Counted from the first letter of the stretch, positions 27,722 to 38,236 are shown. The stretch is 64,000 nt of DNA from Elusimicrobiota bacterium (GCA_043827405.1 JBDRPD010000060.1:1-64000); one strand, 5' to 3'. Program-made: numbers and translations. Notes: generated from the letters alone by a model not told the origin.

Positions 27722-28861
27722 CTACTTCGCCCGCAGACGCAGGCGGTCAAAGCGGAAGCGCTGCAGGTTGAAGTCGGGTTTCTCGCCGCCGACCAGCTGC
27801 GCGACGGTTTGCCCGATCATGGGAGCGAGCATCGGCCCATGCCCGGAAAAGCCGACGGCCACCCAGGCATTGGGCAGGCCGCCCAAGCGGTCGAGCAGGA
27901 AGTTGCCGTCCGGCATCCGCGTATAGTAATAGACCTTGCCCTCGATGTCGACGAAATCGCACAGATCGGGGATGATGGTCTTGAGAAAGCTGCGAGTCTT
28001 GCGCACAAAATTCTTATCGGGCTCAATCGGCGTTACCACGCCGCGAACGATCGGGCCCTTCTTGTAGCTCCCAATCTTCATGAAGCCGTGAATATGGACC
28101 GGCACACCATAGAAACCCTTTGACGAGACGGTAAACACCGGGAAATGCGCCGGCCGGTAGCGCCCCTGATTGCGCGGAGGGCGGATATACAGCGCCTCCT
28201 GCCGAGTAACGTAGACCGGCAGACGGAATTCCTTGAGGACCTCATTGGTCCACGCGCCGGACGCGAAAACATAGTTCTTGGCCTTCCACGTCTTGCCGTG
28301 CCCGTCCTTGAGCCCCTGCACTCCGCTCTTGTTCTTCATGACGCGGACGATCTTGGCTCCGGACTCGGCGTGCATGCCGTGGCGCACCCCCAGCCGGATA
28401 AAGGCCGCGATCGCCTTTTTCGCCCAGACCATCCCCGCGCCTGAATGATACAGCGCATACTTAAACGACCGCTGCTTTATCATGCGGTAGCGGTCACAGA
28501 CGACCTTGCTTTTCATCTTCTGATGCGGGATGTTGAGCTCTTCGAGGACGCGCGCGCTCTGATCCTCATAGGTCGTCTTGCCGACGGCCAGCTCCAGCAT
28601 CCCGATCTGCTGCAGCAGCTCCTCGCGAGCCTCCTGCTGGAATTCATTCCAGATCGGCAGGGCCTTGCGCGCGAGCTCGGTATAAAAGGAATCCTTGCCG
28701 TGGGTCAAGCGGAAGATGCGGACATGATCGCAGGAAGAAGCCGCCGGGTTGGCGAGAGCGCCCTGATCGAGCAACGCGACCTTGTAGTCCTTCTTCGCCA
28801 GATAATACGCCGAAGAGGCGCCAATGATGCCGCCGCCCACGACGATCGCGTCGTAAACCAT
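27722..28861 (-). CDS. FAD-dependent oxidoreductase, sarcosine oxidase/SolA-like
   Basis: VGGGIIG, ASSCDHVRIFR, GAW, YTRMPDGNF, GFSGHG. Confidence 0.85.
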   Translation of the reverse strand: MVYDAIVVGGGIIGASSAYYLAKKDYKVALLDQGALANPAASSCDHVRIFRLTHGKDSFYTELARKALPIWNEFQQEAREELLQQIGMLELAVGKTTYEDQSARVLEELNIPHQKMKSKVVCDRYRMIKQRSFKYALYHSGAGMVWAKKAIAAFIRLGVRHGMHAESGAKIVRVMKNKSGVQGLKDGHGKTWKAKNYVFASGAWTNEVLKEFRLPVYVTRQEALYIRPPRNQGRYRPAHFPVFTVSSKGFYGVPVHIHGFMKIGSYKKGPIVRGVVTPIEPDKNFVRKTRSFLKTIIPDLCDFVDIEGKVYYYTRMPDGNFLLDRLGGLPNAWVAVGFSGHGPMLAPMIGQTVAQLVGGEKPDFNLQRFRFDRLRLRAK

Positions 28862-28921
28862 AGAACATGAAATCCTAACTAATTTGGAAGCACAAAGGGA
28901 GCAAATAATCGCGGCGGGAGC

Positions 28922-29371
28922 TCAGCTGTAGCGCTGCCACAGCGCCGCGAGGCGGCGGCGCCAATACGTCGCGGTCGGCGGCGGCGATTCCTGACGGCGT
29001 CCGCGAAAAGAATAGCGCGTCCGGCGGCCGTCGGCGCGGGTTAGGAGCACCGTCCCCTTCATCCGATCGCCGCGGACCTCGCCCGACCAGTCGAGCACGT
29101 TGCCGTCGCCGCGGAGCAAAGAGGAAGAGAAGCTGCGGCGATCGCCGGCTTGATCCAGCGCGGCATAGCCCGCGGGCAGATAGCCGGACGACAGGTGGCG
29201 TGTCGAGGTAAAGCGCCCCCGGTCGAACACCAGCGTATCCTTCTTGGGCAGCGCAAACACCGCTTTCGCCCGCATGCGGACCCCCCACACCGAACCATCC
29301 AGTGCCGCCGAGGTCAGCGCGCGATACCCAAAAAACAGCGCGGCAAGAAGCGCCGCCAGGATGACCCGCAT
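28922..29371 (-). CDS. Hypothetical exported beta-rich protein
   Basis: N-terminal hydrophobic segment; DTLVFDRGRF, WSGEVRGDRMKG strands. Confidence 0.6.
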   Translation of the reverse strand: MRVILAALLAALFFGYRALTSAALDGSVWGVRMRAKAVFALPKKDTLVFDRGRFTSTRHLSSGYLPAGYAALDQAGDRRSFSSSLLRGDGNVLDWSGEVRGDRMKGTVLLTRADGRRTRYSFRGRRQESPPPTATYWRRRLAALWQRYS

Positions 29372-29442
29372 ACCCTTGGATGTAACAGGTTTCCTGGAAC
29401 TTTCAAGTACCTATTTGTTACATTTGAGTTAAGAGCAAAATA

Positions 29443-30984
29443 ATGTTCATACGGATTATGGCGGCGCTGCTGCTGCTTACCACCACGGCTGAAGCGAAAT
29501 CTCTTCGCGTCATGGCGTTCGGGCCGAAAGGTCAACTGCTCAACACCGCTGAGTTTCTGCGCCATATCGCCCCCCAGGCACACAAGGACAACGGCATCCC
29601 GGTCGCCCTCAGCGGGCTCCACCTGATGGACATGGACGGTCGGCCGGTCCCGGAGCGGCCGTGGTGGAAACCGGACGCCGACAAGCCGGTCTGGGAGTGG
29701 GAAGGCGCCGAACGGGTTATGATCTCTCTGCCTTGGCCCATCGTCAAGGACGGCTTCTCCACGGTACTGCTCGACGGCAAGGGCAAGGGTTATTTTGACG
29801 GCCAGGCGATACTGCTCAACGAGGAGATCGCGGTCACGGCCTACCGCCGGATGCAGGAAGCCCTGAAAGCCCGCAAGGCCGGCCAGCCCTCCTACACGCC
29901 GAGCAAGCGGGTTGAAAAGATGATCAGCCAAGCCCAAAAGACCCTGTCCAAGGCGCACGCCGCCAAGGAGCCGCGTAAGAAAGCCCGCATCTGCGACCAG
30001 GCGCTGACGCAGACCTCCTACGCCTGGCAGCAGGTCCTCTATGAGCACGGACAGCAGGTGATCCACGACCCCAAGGCCGGACCGCAACAGCGCTTCGGCG
30101 TCTCTCTAGACGAGACCCTGATCGACCGCATCCATGACTTCGAAACAATCGCGGACGCGATCGACCGCCTGGGCGCGAGCTGGGTGCGGCTGGTCTTTAG
30201 CCTCAACCGCCGCGACTTCATTTACGCCAAGGAAAACTCCTTCGCACCCTACGACAAATTCGTCGAAATGCTCGCGGCGCGCAAGATCCGCGTCATGGGC
30301 TCGGTCCTTGACAGCATGCTGTGGCCCAAAGACCTGACGCCGCAGGCGTATCAGGACCGTACCCGCAACCTGGCGGCTCACTTCCAGGATAAAATCCGCA
30401 GCTGGGAGATCGCCAGCGAGCCCAATGCGGACTGGCTCGGCGGCACGCAGCGGCCCTTGGCGCGGGAGGACATCCTGCTCTGCGTGCAGAAGGCCGTGGT
30501 TGCGGTCAAAAAAGTGGACGCCTCGCTGGAAACGGTGGCCACCCTCCATTGGTGGGAAGGCACGTCCAGGCGGATCGACAACGCCCTCTTTCCCTGGCTC
30601 GATTGGGCCGTTGCGCGCGGCTTCGGCCGCGGCGTCGATGTCCTGGCGCTGAGCGTCTACCCCCACCGGCACCCATTAGGCATAGCCTTCGACCCGGTAT
30701 TCTCGGAGCTGCATCGGCGGTTTCCAGATAAGCCTTTAATGCTCGGCGGATTCAGCTATGTCGACGGCGCGAAATTAAACGGGTATTGGTGGCTCGAAGC
30801 GACCAATATCCGGGACGCCCGCAAGGACCTCCTAGTCCTATATACGGGAACGGCCGCCGCCGTCCCCCATGGCATCGGCGGAGGCTTCTACTGGCCTACT
30901 TTGACCCAAATGCTCCCCCCGGGACGCAAACCCACCTCGATCTACGCCCTCTACCAGCGCACCCTCAAGCGTCTGCGCCGCTAG
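29443..30984 (+). CDS. Secreted protein with a glycoside hydrolase clan A-like TIM barrel
   Basis: LGASWVRL, SWEIASEPN, DVLALSVYPH, KPLMLG, GGGFYW; signal peptide. Confidence 0.55.
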   Translation: MFIRIMAALLLLTTTAEAKSLRVMAFGPKGQLLNTAEFLRHIAPQAHKDNGIPVALSGLHLMDMDGRPVPERPWWKPDADKPVWEWEGAERVMISLPWPIVKDGFSTVLLDGKGKGYFDGQAILLNEEIAVTAYRRMQEALKARKAGQPSYTPSKRVEKMISQAQKTLSKAHAAKEPRKKARICDQALTQTSYAWQQVLYEHGQQVIHDPKAGPQQRFGVSLDETLIDRIHDFETIADAIDRLGASWVRLVFSLNRRDFIYAKENSFAPYDKFVEMLAARKIRVMGSVLDSMLWPKDLTPQAYQDRTRNLAAHFQDKIRSWEIASEPNADWLGGTQRPLAREDILLCVQKAVVAVKKVDASLETVATLHWWEGTSRRIDNALFPWLDWAVARGFGRGVDVLALSVYPHRHPLGIAFDPVFSELHRRFPDKPLMLGGFSYVDGAKLNGYWWLEATNIRDARKDLLVLYTGTAAAVPHGIGGGFYWPTLTQMLPPGRKPTSIYALYQRTLKRLRR

Positions 30985-31012
30985 CGCCTCTTGACAGCGC
31001 AAATATGGTCCC

Positions 31013-31041
31013 TTGACAAGATGAGGCCCCGGCATTACACT
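31013..31041 (+). promoter_or_regulatory. Sigma70-type promoter
   Basis: TTGACA-N17-TACACT. Confidence 0.7.
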
Positions 31042-31073
31042 CAAAATAGAGGAAAAATATCCGTTTTTCGTTC

Positions 31074-33527
31074 ATGACCATGGGAAACCCCTTGAAACCC
31101 GCCCTTTGGGTCGCGCTGTCGGCTCTGCTCATCCTGCCGCGAAACGCCCAAGGATCAACCGGCACCGTAAAAGTCGAACAGCCCCCACCGGAGGAAAAGG
31201 CGGTCGTCTTCCTGCCCGTGCCCAAAGTTGATGCCGAAGGCAGCGCCACGCTGGGCAACGTCTTCGCGCTTATCGGGGATAATAAGCAGACGGAAACTCT
31301 GAGGCAGAACCTCACCAGCGGTCTGAAGGAAAAGGGACTGCCGCTGGACGCCTTCGACTTAAACACCTCCGCGCCCCAACCCGGCAGCAAGGCGGCGAAA
31401 TTTGAAAGCGAATTCCTGGCGGAGAACAAGGGGGAGCTTCTAGCCATCTCCCGGCAGATAAACAAGACCGCCGACACGCCCCAAGAAAAGGCGCAAGCCC
31501 GGGAAGTTACCACCTACCTCGCCGACGTCTACGTAAGGACCGCGACGGAAACCCGGCCTGATAATTACCGCACCGCCATCCAATTCACCGACACCGTCGT
31601 CGAAAACTACCCGGACGACACGCGAGCGCGCACGGTGCGCGCGCAAGCCAATCTGGGACTCGGACGGCATGAGGCCGCAATCGAAGACACCTCCTTCGCC
31701 GTCGAGCGCAACGAGAACGACGAGCGCGCCTATATGCTGCGCGCCCTCGCCTATTACCAGATGAAGAACTACACCCAGGCGATGGAGGACGCCAAGCGAA
31801 CGTTGGCAATCAATCCCAACAATCAGACCGCGTTCCGCATCGCCAAACTCTCTCATGGACGCATCACCAAGGCCGAGGACCTCGGCATTACCGCGATGCA
31901 GAAGGCGGCCTCCAAGCAGATCGAGCGCGAATACAAGAGCATGCTGCAGCAGCGCAATCAGGTCGAAACCCAAGCTCCAACGGTCAACCCGAAGGAAATG
32001 CAAGCCCGGGCCCCCGGGCATGAGCGCGACCAGATCGTCGACTCCCTCAACGTGCGCGCGCAGAGCAAGATCAAAATGGGGGATCCGCACGCCGCGATTA
32101 AGCTTTCCAATAAGGTCCTGCAGCACGCGCCCGAGAACCCGGACGCCCTCTATGCGCGCGCCGCCGCCGAGAATCTCATGGGCCAATACGAAAACGCGGT
32201 TGAGGATGCCACCGCAATCCTGCACCGCGACCCGAACCACCACCAGGCCCTGGACGCCCGCTCCCTGGCGCTGATCAACCTGGGGCGCTTTCACGAAGCC
32301 ATGGTGGACGCCGACAAGTCGATGTCGCTGAAGCCGGAGAGCGCCTATTCCTACAAGAACCGGGCGATGGCCAAAGAAGGCCTGGGCGATATCGCCGGCA
32401 TGATCGCTGATTACAAGGCGGCGGCCCGGCTGAGCCCGCAGTTCGAAACAGACCTGAAAGATGTCGCCGATAAATATCAGATCGCTTTAGACCCCGCGAT
32501 CCTCAACGAGCGGGCGGTACCCGGCGAACCCGCGCCCAAGGCCGCCAAGAGCGGCCGCAACCGCCGCTTCGTCGTCGTGCTGGCCAGTTCCATCACCGGC
32601 GGACTCCTCATCGCGATCGGGCTCGTGCACATTCTGCTTGGCGGGAAGAAGGACAAACGCGTCGCAATCACCGGAGCGGGCACCGCGACCGCGAAAACTC
32701 TCGGCGGTTCGGGCCTCGACGCGGGTTTTACCATCCTCAAAGAGGTCGGCCACGGCGGCATGGGCATCGTTTATGAAGCCATGGATAAGGCGCTCGACCG
32801 CAAGGTCGCCATCAAGAAGATGCGCGATGAAATCCATGACGACGCGCGCCAGCGCGAACGCTTCCTGGAAGAGGCCCGCATCGTCGCCCGCCTCCACCAC
32901 CCAAACATCGTAGACATCCACAACATCATCGAGGAAGACGGCGACCTGTACATGATATTTGAGTATGTAGAGGGATCGACGATCGACCAGATTCTGGCCA
33001 AGAAGCGGCGCCTGACCATCTCGGAGGCGCAGTTCATCGTCCACGGCGTCACCAATGCCTTATCCTACGCCCATACCAAGGGCGTAATTCATCGCGATCT
33101 CAAGCCCTCCAACATCATGATCACCAAGGAGGGCGTGGTGAAGGTCATGGATTTCGGAATCGCCCGCCAGGCCCAGGATGCCATGGCGGCCTCCACCAAA
33201 ACCAATACCGTGGCGGGCACGCCGCATTACATGGCGCCCGAGCAGGAACAGGGCATCGTCCGCAAGGAGTCCGATATCTTCGCGCTCGGCGCCTGTCTCT
33301 ACGAAATGCTGACCGGCGAGCGCCCTTATGCCTCACCCGCAACCACGGACTCGAAGATCAATAAGCGCTACCAGAAAGCGTCGCGTGTGGCCGCCAATCT
33401 CCCGCCCGAGCTCGACGCCCTAATCGACGCGGCCTTGGAGCCGGACCCCGAGAAGCGCATCCAGACGGCCTCCGAGTTCCGCAGCCGCCTGGACGAGATC
33501 AAGTCGTCCGACGAGCTGCTGGCCTGA
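31074..33527 (+). CDS. TPR-ectodomain membrane Ser/Thr kinase
   Basis: Signal peptide, two TPR blocks, TM, then VGHGGMG, VAIK, HRDLKPSN, DFG, GTPHYMAPE. Confidence 0.93.
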   Translation: MTMGNPLKPALWVALSALLILPRNAQGSTGTVKVEQPPPEEKAVVFLPVPKVDAEGSATLGNVFALIGDNKQTETLRQNLTSGLKEKGLPLDAFDLNTSAPQPGSKAAKFESEFLAENKGELLAISRQINKTADTPQEKAQAREVTTYLADVYVRTATETRPDNYRTAIQFTDTVVENYPDDTRARTVRAQANLGLGRHEAAIEDTSFAVERNENDERAYMLRALAYYQMKNYTQAMEDAKRTLAINPNNQTAFRIAKLSHGRITKAEDLGITAMQKAASKQIEREYKSMLQQRNQVETQAPTVNPKEMQARAPGHERDQIVDSLNVRAQSKIKMGDPHAAIKLSNKVLQHAPENPDALYARAAAENLMGQYENAVEDATAILHRDPNHHQALDARSLALINLGRFHEAMVDADKSMSLKPESAYSYKNRAMAKEGLGDIAGMIADYKAAARLSPQFETDLKDVADKYQIALDPAILNERAVPGEPAPKAAKSGRNRRFVVVLASSITGGLLIAIGLVHILLGGKKDKRVAITGAGTATAKTLGGSGLDAGFTILKEVGHGGMGIVYEAMDKALDRKVAIKKMRDEIHDDARQRERFLEEARIVARLHHPNIVDIHNIIEEDGDLYMIFEYVEGSTIDQILAKKRRLTISEAQFIVHGVTNALSYAHTKGVIHRDLKPSNIMITKEGVVKVMDFGIARQAQDAMAASTKTNTVAGTPHYMAPEQEQGIVRKESDIFALGACLYEMLTGERPYASPATTDSKINKRYQKASRVAANLPPELDALIDAALEPDPEKRIQTASEFRSRLDEIKSSDELLA

Positions 33528-33593
33528 TCCCCCCCCCTGCGTCCAAGCAAAAAGTCTTTGTAATTTATAAATATTCAACAGAATGGCCCCCAT

Positions 33594-33613
33594 AAGCCGC
33601 AGCGGGCTTTTTT
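33594..33613 (+). terminator. Short intrinsic terminator
   Basis: AAGCC-gcagcg-GGCTT-TTTT between the kinase and mutS. Confidence 0.5.
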
Positions 33614-33626
33614 GTATACTCTACAG

Positions 33627-36263
33627 ATGCCTTCCGTCGAGGACAAGCGCGGGGCCGGCAAAGGGGGCCCCACCCCGGTCATGAAGCAGTACCATGCCCT
33701 CAAGGCGGCATATCCGCATGCCGTCATGTTTTTCCGCCTCGGCGATTTCTATGAGCTTTTCGAAGAAGATGCCAAAATCGCGGCTCCCGTCATGGGAGTG
33801 GTGCTGACCCAGCGCGCCGGACTGCCGATGTGCGGCGTCCCCTATCACTCCTACACCAATTATCTGCGCAAACTGCTCGCGGCGGGCTTCAAGGTCGCGA
33901 TGGCTGAGCAGATGGAGGACCCGGCGAAAACCAAGGGTCTGGTCAAGCGGGCCGTTACGCGCGTTGTGACCCCGGGGACTTTGGTCGAAGACGAACTGCT
34001 CCAGGGATCCGCGACCAATTACCTGGTAGCCCTCGAGATAGACACCATCGGCTGGGGCATCGCCTGCGCCGAGGTCTCCACCGGCGAATTCTGGGCGACC
34101 CAGGCGCTCGACGACCACAACCATCTGCGGCTGTATTCCCTGCTGGCCAAGATCGATCCGGCCGAGCTTATTGCCCCGCGACGCGCGGTGGAGGAACTGC
34201 GGCTGAAGAATCTGCTCAAGTCTGGAACCGCGATCTCGGAATGGAAGCGGACGTCCTCGGAAACGCAGGTCCCGGAGCACTGGGACAGCCGGTCCATCTG
34301 GCGCAACCGCCAGCTCGCGCTCAAAGCCGCGCTGACCGCGCGCAGCTACATCGAGAGCACCCAGTCGCACCTCAAGGAAGTGCTTAAGCCAAGCTACCGG
34401 GAAGCGCGGCCGGAGATGCAGCTCAATGAGGCCGCCATTCGCACCCTCGAGCTCGTCGATTCGCAGACCGGCGGCCGCAAGCTGACACTGTGGGGCATCC
34501 TGGACCGCACGCTCACGCCGATGGGCAGCCGCCGGCTCAAACAGTGGATACTGCATCCGTCCACGGAGCTGCCCGAAATCGAGCGCCGCCTGCACTGCGT
34601 CGAAGAGCTGGCCGACAAGACCGACACCCGCGACAGCCTGGGCGGCCTGCTGGATGAAATCTCGGACCTGGAACGCGTAATCAACCGTATGGCAACGCGC
34701 TCGGCGGCACCGCGCGACCTGGCCGCCCTGCGCGACTCCCTGCTGCAGATCCACTCGCTGGAAAAGTGGCTGAAAGACGGTCAGTTCTTCTCCGGGCTCG
34801 CCGCAGTGACGGATGCGCTCAAGGAAGTAGCGGATCCTATTCGCAAAACACAATCCTTGCTCGATCGCTCCCTCGTCGACAACCCGCCCGCCAAGCTGTC
34901 CGATGGCGGCCTCTTCGCCGCCGGCTACGATCAGCGGCTGGATGAACTCCGCGCGATCAAAACGGACAGCCGGAGCGTGCTCAAGGAGCTCGAGACGCGG
35001 GAGCGGAAAGAAAGCGGCATCGCGTCGCTGCGCGTCGGATACAATTCCGTTTTCGGCTACTATATCGAAGTTACCAAGACCCATTCAGCCAAGGTCCCCG
35101 CCCGCTACACGCGCAAGCAGACGCTGACCAACGCCGAGCGCTATATCACCCCCGAGCTCAAGGAGCTCGAAACGCGCGTCCTCGGAGCCGAAGACAAGTT
35201 CCTGCGCCTCGAAGCGGAACTATTTGAGGACTTGCGCTCCAAGATTCTCGAGCATAACGGCGAGATCCGCCGCTTCGCGGAGATCGTTTCCGAGCTCGAT
35301 GTGATGCGCTCGCTCGCGGATGTCGCCGTCCACAACAACTACGTTAAGCCCGTGGTGGACCTTTCACACTGCTTTGAGATCGACGAGGGGCGCCATCCCG
35401 TCGTGGAGACCGTGCTGCCGGCCGGCACATTCGTCTCCAACGATCTGTCGGTCGACAGCGACGACTCACAGACCCTGATCCTCACCGGCCCCAACATGGG
35501 CGGGAAATCGGTCTTTCTCCGGCAGAACGCGCTGATAGCGATCATGGCGCAGATGGGAAGTTTTGTCCCCGCCAAGTCCGCGCGCATCGGCGTTGTCGAC
35601 AAGGTCCTTACCCGCATAGGCTCCCAGGATCAGCTGACCCGCGGCGAATCCACCTTTATGGTGGAGATGAAGGAGACCTCGCATATCCTCCAGGCGGCGA
35701 CCCTGCGCAGCCTGATCCTGCTCGACGAGGTCGGACGCGGCACTTCCACCTACGACGGCATCTCCATCGCCTGGGCGGTTATCGAGCACCTCAACCGGCT
35801 CGGCCTCGGCGGCGAGCGGGCCGAAAAAGCCGCGGGCCGCGGACCACGGACCCTGTTCGCCACCCATTACTTCGAGCTTACCGAACTTGCGGATCTCCTC
35901 AACGGCGTCAAGAACATCAGCGTCGAGGCGCGGGAATGGACCAACGCCGCCGGACGCACCGAGGTAATCTTTCTGCATAAGATATCGAAGGGCCCGGCCG
36001 ATCGGTCTTTCGGCATCCATGTGGCCGAGCTCGCGGGACTGCCGGAAGGGTGCCTGCGGCGCGCCCAGGAAATTCTGCACGGCCTGGAGAACGAATCCCG
36101 CACCGCATCACCAACCTCCGCGGCCAAGCCCGAATCACCGCAGCAGGACCTGCCGTTTTTCGACGAGCATCCGGTCCTGCATGATCTGCGGCTGCTGGAC
36201 GCCGACGCCCTCACCCCCATCGAAGCGCTTAAAAAGCTCTCCGGTTGGAAAAAGCAGCTTTAA
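33627..36263 (+). CDS. mutS: DNA mismatch repair protein MutS
   Basis: TPVMKQY, GDFYELF, TGPNMGGKS, STFMVEM, DEVGRG, ATHY. Confidence 0.97.
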   Translation: MPSVEDKRGAGKGGPTPVMKQYHALKAAYPHAVMFFRLGDFYELFEEDAKIAAPVMGVVLTQRAGLPMCGVPYHSYTNYLRKLLAAGFKVAMAEQMEDPAKTKGLVKRAVTRVVTPGTLVEDELLQGSATNYLVALEIDTIGWGIACAEVSTGEFWATQALDDHNHLRLYSLLAKIDPAELIAPRRAVEELRLKNLLKSGTAISEWKRTSSETQVPEHWDSRSIWRNRQLALKAALTARSYIESTQSHLKEVLKPSYREARPEMQLNEAAIRTLELVDSQTGGRKLTLWGILDRTLTPMGSRRLKQWILHPSTELPEIERRLHCVEELADKTDTRDSLGGLLDEISDLERVINRMATRSAAPRDLAALRDSLLQIHSLEKWLKDGQFFSGLAAVTDALKEVADPIRKTQSLLDRSLVDNPPAKLSDGGLFAAGYDQRLDELRAIKTDSRSVLKELETRERKESGIASLRVGYNSVFGYYIEVTKTHSAKVPARYTRKQTLTNAERYITPELKELETRVLGAEDKFLRLEAELFEDLRSKILEHNGEIRRFAEIVSELDVMRSLADVAVHNNYVKPVVDLSHCFEIDEGRHPVVETVLPAGTFVSNDLSVDSDDSQTLILTGPNMGGKSVFLRQNALIAIMAQMGSFVPAKSARIGVVDKVLTRIGSQDQLTRGESTFMVEMKETSHILQAATLRSLILLDEVGRGTSTYDGISIAWAVIEHLNRLGLGGERAEKAAGRGPRTLFATHYFELTELADLLNGVKNISVEAREWTNAAGRTEVIFLHKISKGPADRSFGIHVAELAGLPEGCLRRAQEILHGLENESRTASPTSAAKPESPQQDLPFFDEHPVLHDLRLLDADALTPIEALKKLSGWKKQL

Positions 36264-38041
36264 TGCCGTCGCGGCTCCAGCCCCTGCCCGAAGACGTGGC
36301 CAGCCGCATTGCGGCCGGCGAAGTAATAGAACGGCCGGCCTCGGTTCTCAAAGAGCTTGTTGAAAACTCGCTCGACGCCGGCGCCAGCAAGATCGAAATC
36401 GAAATCAAGGGCGCGGGGTGCAAGCTCATCCGCGTCGCCGACGACGGCGACGGCGTGCCGCCGGAGGACTGCGCCCGGGCATTCGAGCGCCATACCACCA
36501 GCAAGATCCGCGCGCTCCAGGATCTGGAGAAGCTCTCCACCTTCGGCTTCCGCGGCGAAGCGCTGTTCTCCATCGCCGCGGTTTCCAAGACCACGCTCGC
36601 CAGCCGCGCCAAAGGAGAGCGCCGGGCCTGGCGCGTCGAATTCCGCGGCGGCAGGCTCCATAAAGAGCACGAGGCTCCCCCGGCCGCCGGCACGGCGATC
36701 GAGGTCCGCGACTTATTTTTCAACACTCCCGCCCGCGCCAAGTTTTTAAAATCCGACGCCACTGAGCGCAGCCACCTGGCACGCGTCGTTGAGGAGGCGG
36801 CGCTGGCCAATCCCGCCGTCGCCTTCACCTACTGCGCGGAAGGCAAGATAAAACTGCGCTGCGCGGCGCAAAAAAACGACGGCCGGAAGGCGCAGCAGCG
36901 CCGCGTCGCGGAAGTGCTCGGAGAGGAGTATGGCCGAGAGCTGCTGTGCGCCGAAGGCGGCGCCGGAGGCCTCACCGTCCGCGGGCTTTTTTCGCCGCCG
37001 GAGACCCTGCACGCCACCCGCGGCTTCCAGTACGTATTCGTCAATCGCCGGCCGGTGACCAACCGCACCGTCCAGCAGGCGCTGTACCGCGCCTATGAGC
37101 CGTTCCGCGGCCGGAATCGTCACCCGGCGGCGGTCTTGTTCATCGACGTCCCCTCCGCCGAGCTCGACGTCAACGTCCACCCGACAAAGCGGGAAGTCCG
37201 CTTCCGGCCCGCCGCCGCCGTCTACCAGGCCGTCACGCAGACGCTGTCGAAAGCGCTGCTGGAAGCGAGATCGATCCCGACCATCCAGACGGCCGCGGAA
37301 AATATCCGGTCAGCTTATCACGCCGCCGGCGAAGCCGGACGCTCGCGCGCCGAACGGCCGGTCGCCGAACAATCCTCATTCGTCCTGGAGGCACCCGCCG
37401 GCTACCCCGCCGCCAGGCCCCTGGGCCGGGAGCGCGTTTGGTACTCCGATGACATGCGCTACCTCGGCCAGATCGAACGCACCTATCTGCTCTTTGAGAC
37501 GGGAGGCGGACTGCTCATCATGGACCAGCACGCGGCCCAGGAGAAGGTGCTTTTCGAGCGCTACATCGCCGAGGTGGATTCCGGCAAGCTGCACGTGCAG
37601 GAACTTATGCTCCCGCTGGCCCTGGATCTCCCGGCCTCCGGCATCGAGAAAATCCTCGCCAAGAAGAAGCGCCTGCTCCGCGCCGGCTTCACGGTAGAGG
37701 CGCTGGGCAAGACGACGCTGCACATCACCAGCACGCCGGCGCTCTTCGCCAAAGCGCACGACATCAAGGAGATGGTCCAGCGGCTCCTCGACAGCCTGCT
37801 TTCGCCCTCCTCGGCGGCGGCCGACGTGCGCTACGACGCCACGGCGACCATCGCCTGCAAAGCGGCGGTCAAAGCGCACGACGCCCTGTCGGAACGAGAA
37901 GCACGCGCGCTGGTCAAGGACCTGCGCGCATGCGCGGACGGGACCTGCTGTCCGCACGGCCGCCCGACCATGCTCCACCTCGACCGCTTCGAACTGGCGC
38001 GTCGTTTCGGCCGCTCCGGCGCGCCGCCGCTGGACGCCTAG
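36263..38041 (+). CDS. mutL: DNA mismatch repair endonuclease MutL
   Basis: IAAGEVIERP, GFRGEAL, DVNVHPTK, DQHAAQEK, ACKAA, CPHGRP. Confidence 0.97.
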   Translation: MPSRLQPLPEDVASRIAAGEVIERPASVLKELVENSLDAGASKIEIEIKGAGCKLIRVADDGDGVPPEDCARAFERHTTSKIRALQDLEKLSTFGFRGEALFSIAAVSKTTLASRAKGERRAWRVEFRGGRLHKEHEAPPAAGTAIEVRDLFFNTPARAKFLKSDATERSHLARVVEEAALANPAVAFTYCAEGKIKLRCAAQKNDGRKAQQRRVAEVLGEEYGRELLCAEGGAGGLTVRGLFSPPETLHATRGFQYVFVNRRPVTNRTVQQALYRAYEPFRGRNRHPAAVLFIDVPSAELDVNVHPTKREVRFRPAAAVYQAVTQTLSKALLEARSIPTIQTAAENIRSAYHAAGEAGRSRAERPVAEQSSFVLEAPAGYPAARPLGRERVWYSDDMRYLGQIERTYLLFETGGGLLIMDQHAAQEKVLFERYIAEVDSGKLHVQELMLPLALDLPASGIEKILAKKKRLLRAGFTVEALGKTTLHITSTPALFAKAHDIKEMVQRLLDSLLSPSSAAADVRYDATATIACKAAVKAHDALSEREARALVKDLRACADGTCCPHGRPTMLHLDRFELARRFGRSGAPPLDA

Positions 38042-38092
38042 CTTTCTCCCGCCGCGACGGACAAGCGGAAAATTTTTTGTAAAAAATAGGTC

Positions 38093-38120
38093 TTGACGTC
38101 CGGGGTTTTGGGGCTATACT
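38093..38120 (+). promoter_or_regulatory. Sigma70-type promoter with no downstream ORF
   Basis: TTGACG-N16-TATACT with an AT-rich UP-like tract at 38069-38088. Confidence 0.7.
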
Positions 38121-38125
38121 AAGAG

Positions 38126-38226
38126 TACCGCCGAGTAGGTGCCTGCAGTAAACATTCGGCGGTGGACTTGAGGGCGGGACAACGGTCGATATAAAACGAC
38201 GCCTGTTGTCACGCCCTCAACTTTTT
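38126..38226 (+). ncRNA. Candidate small RNA A (~100 nt, two hairpins)
   Basis: Promoter; stem 38127-38136/38154-38163; long stem 38168-38220; then CTTTTT; no ORF. Confidence 0.6.
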
Positions 38227-38236
38227 GCGGCAGAAA

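Noticed and set aside
38126..38226. tRNA, SRP RNA, 6S RNA or riboswitch
   Set aside because: No cloverleaf or TTC T-loop, no SRP helix-8 motif, too short for 6S, and no same-strand downstream gene.
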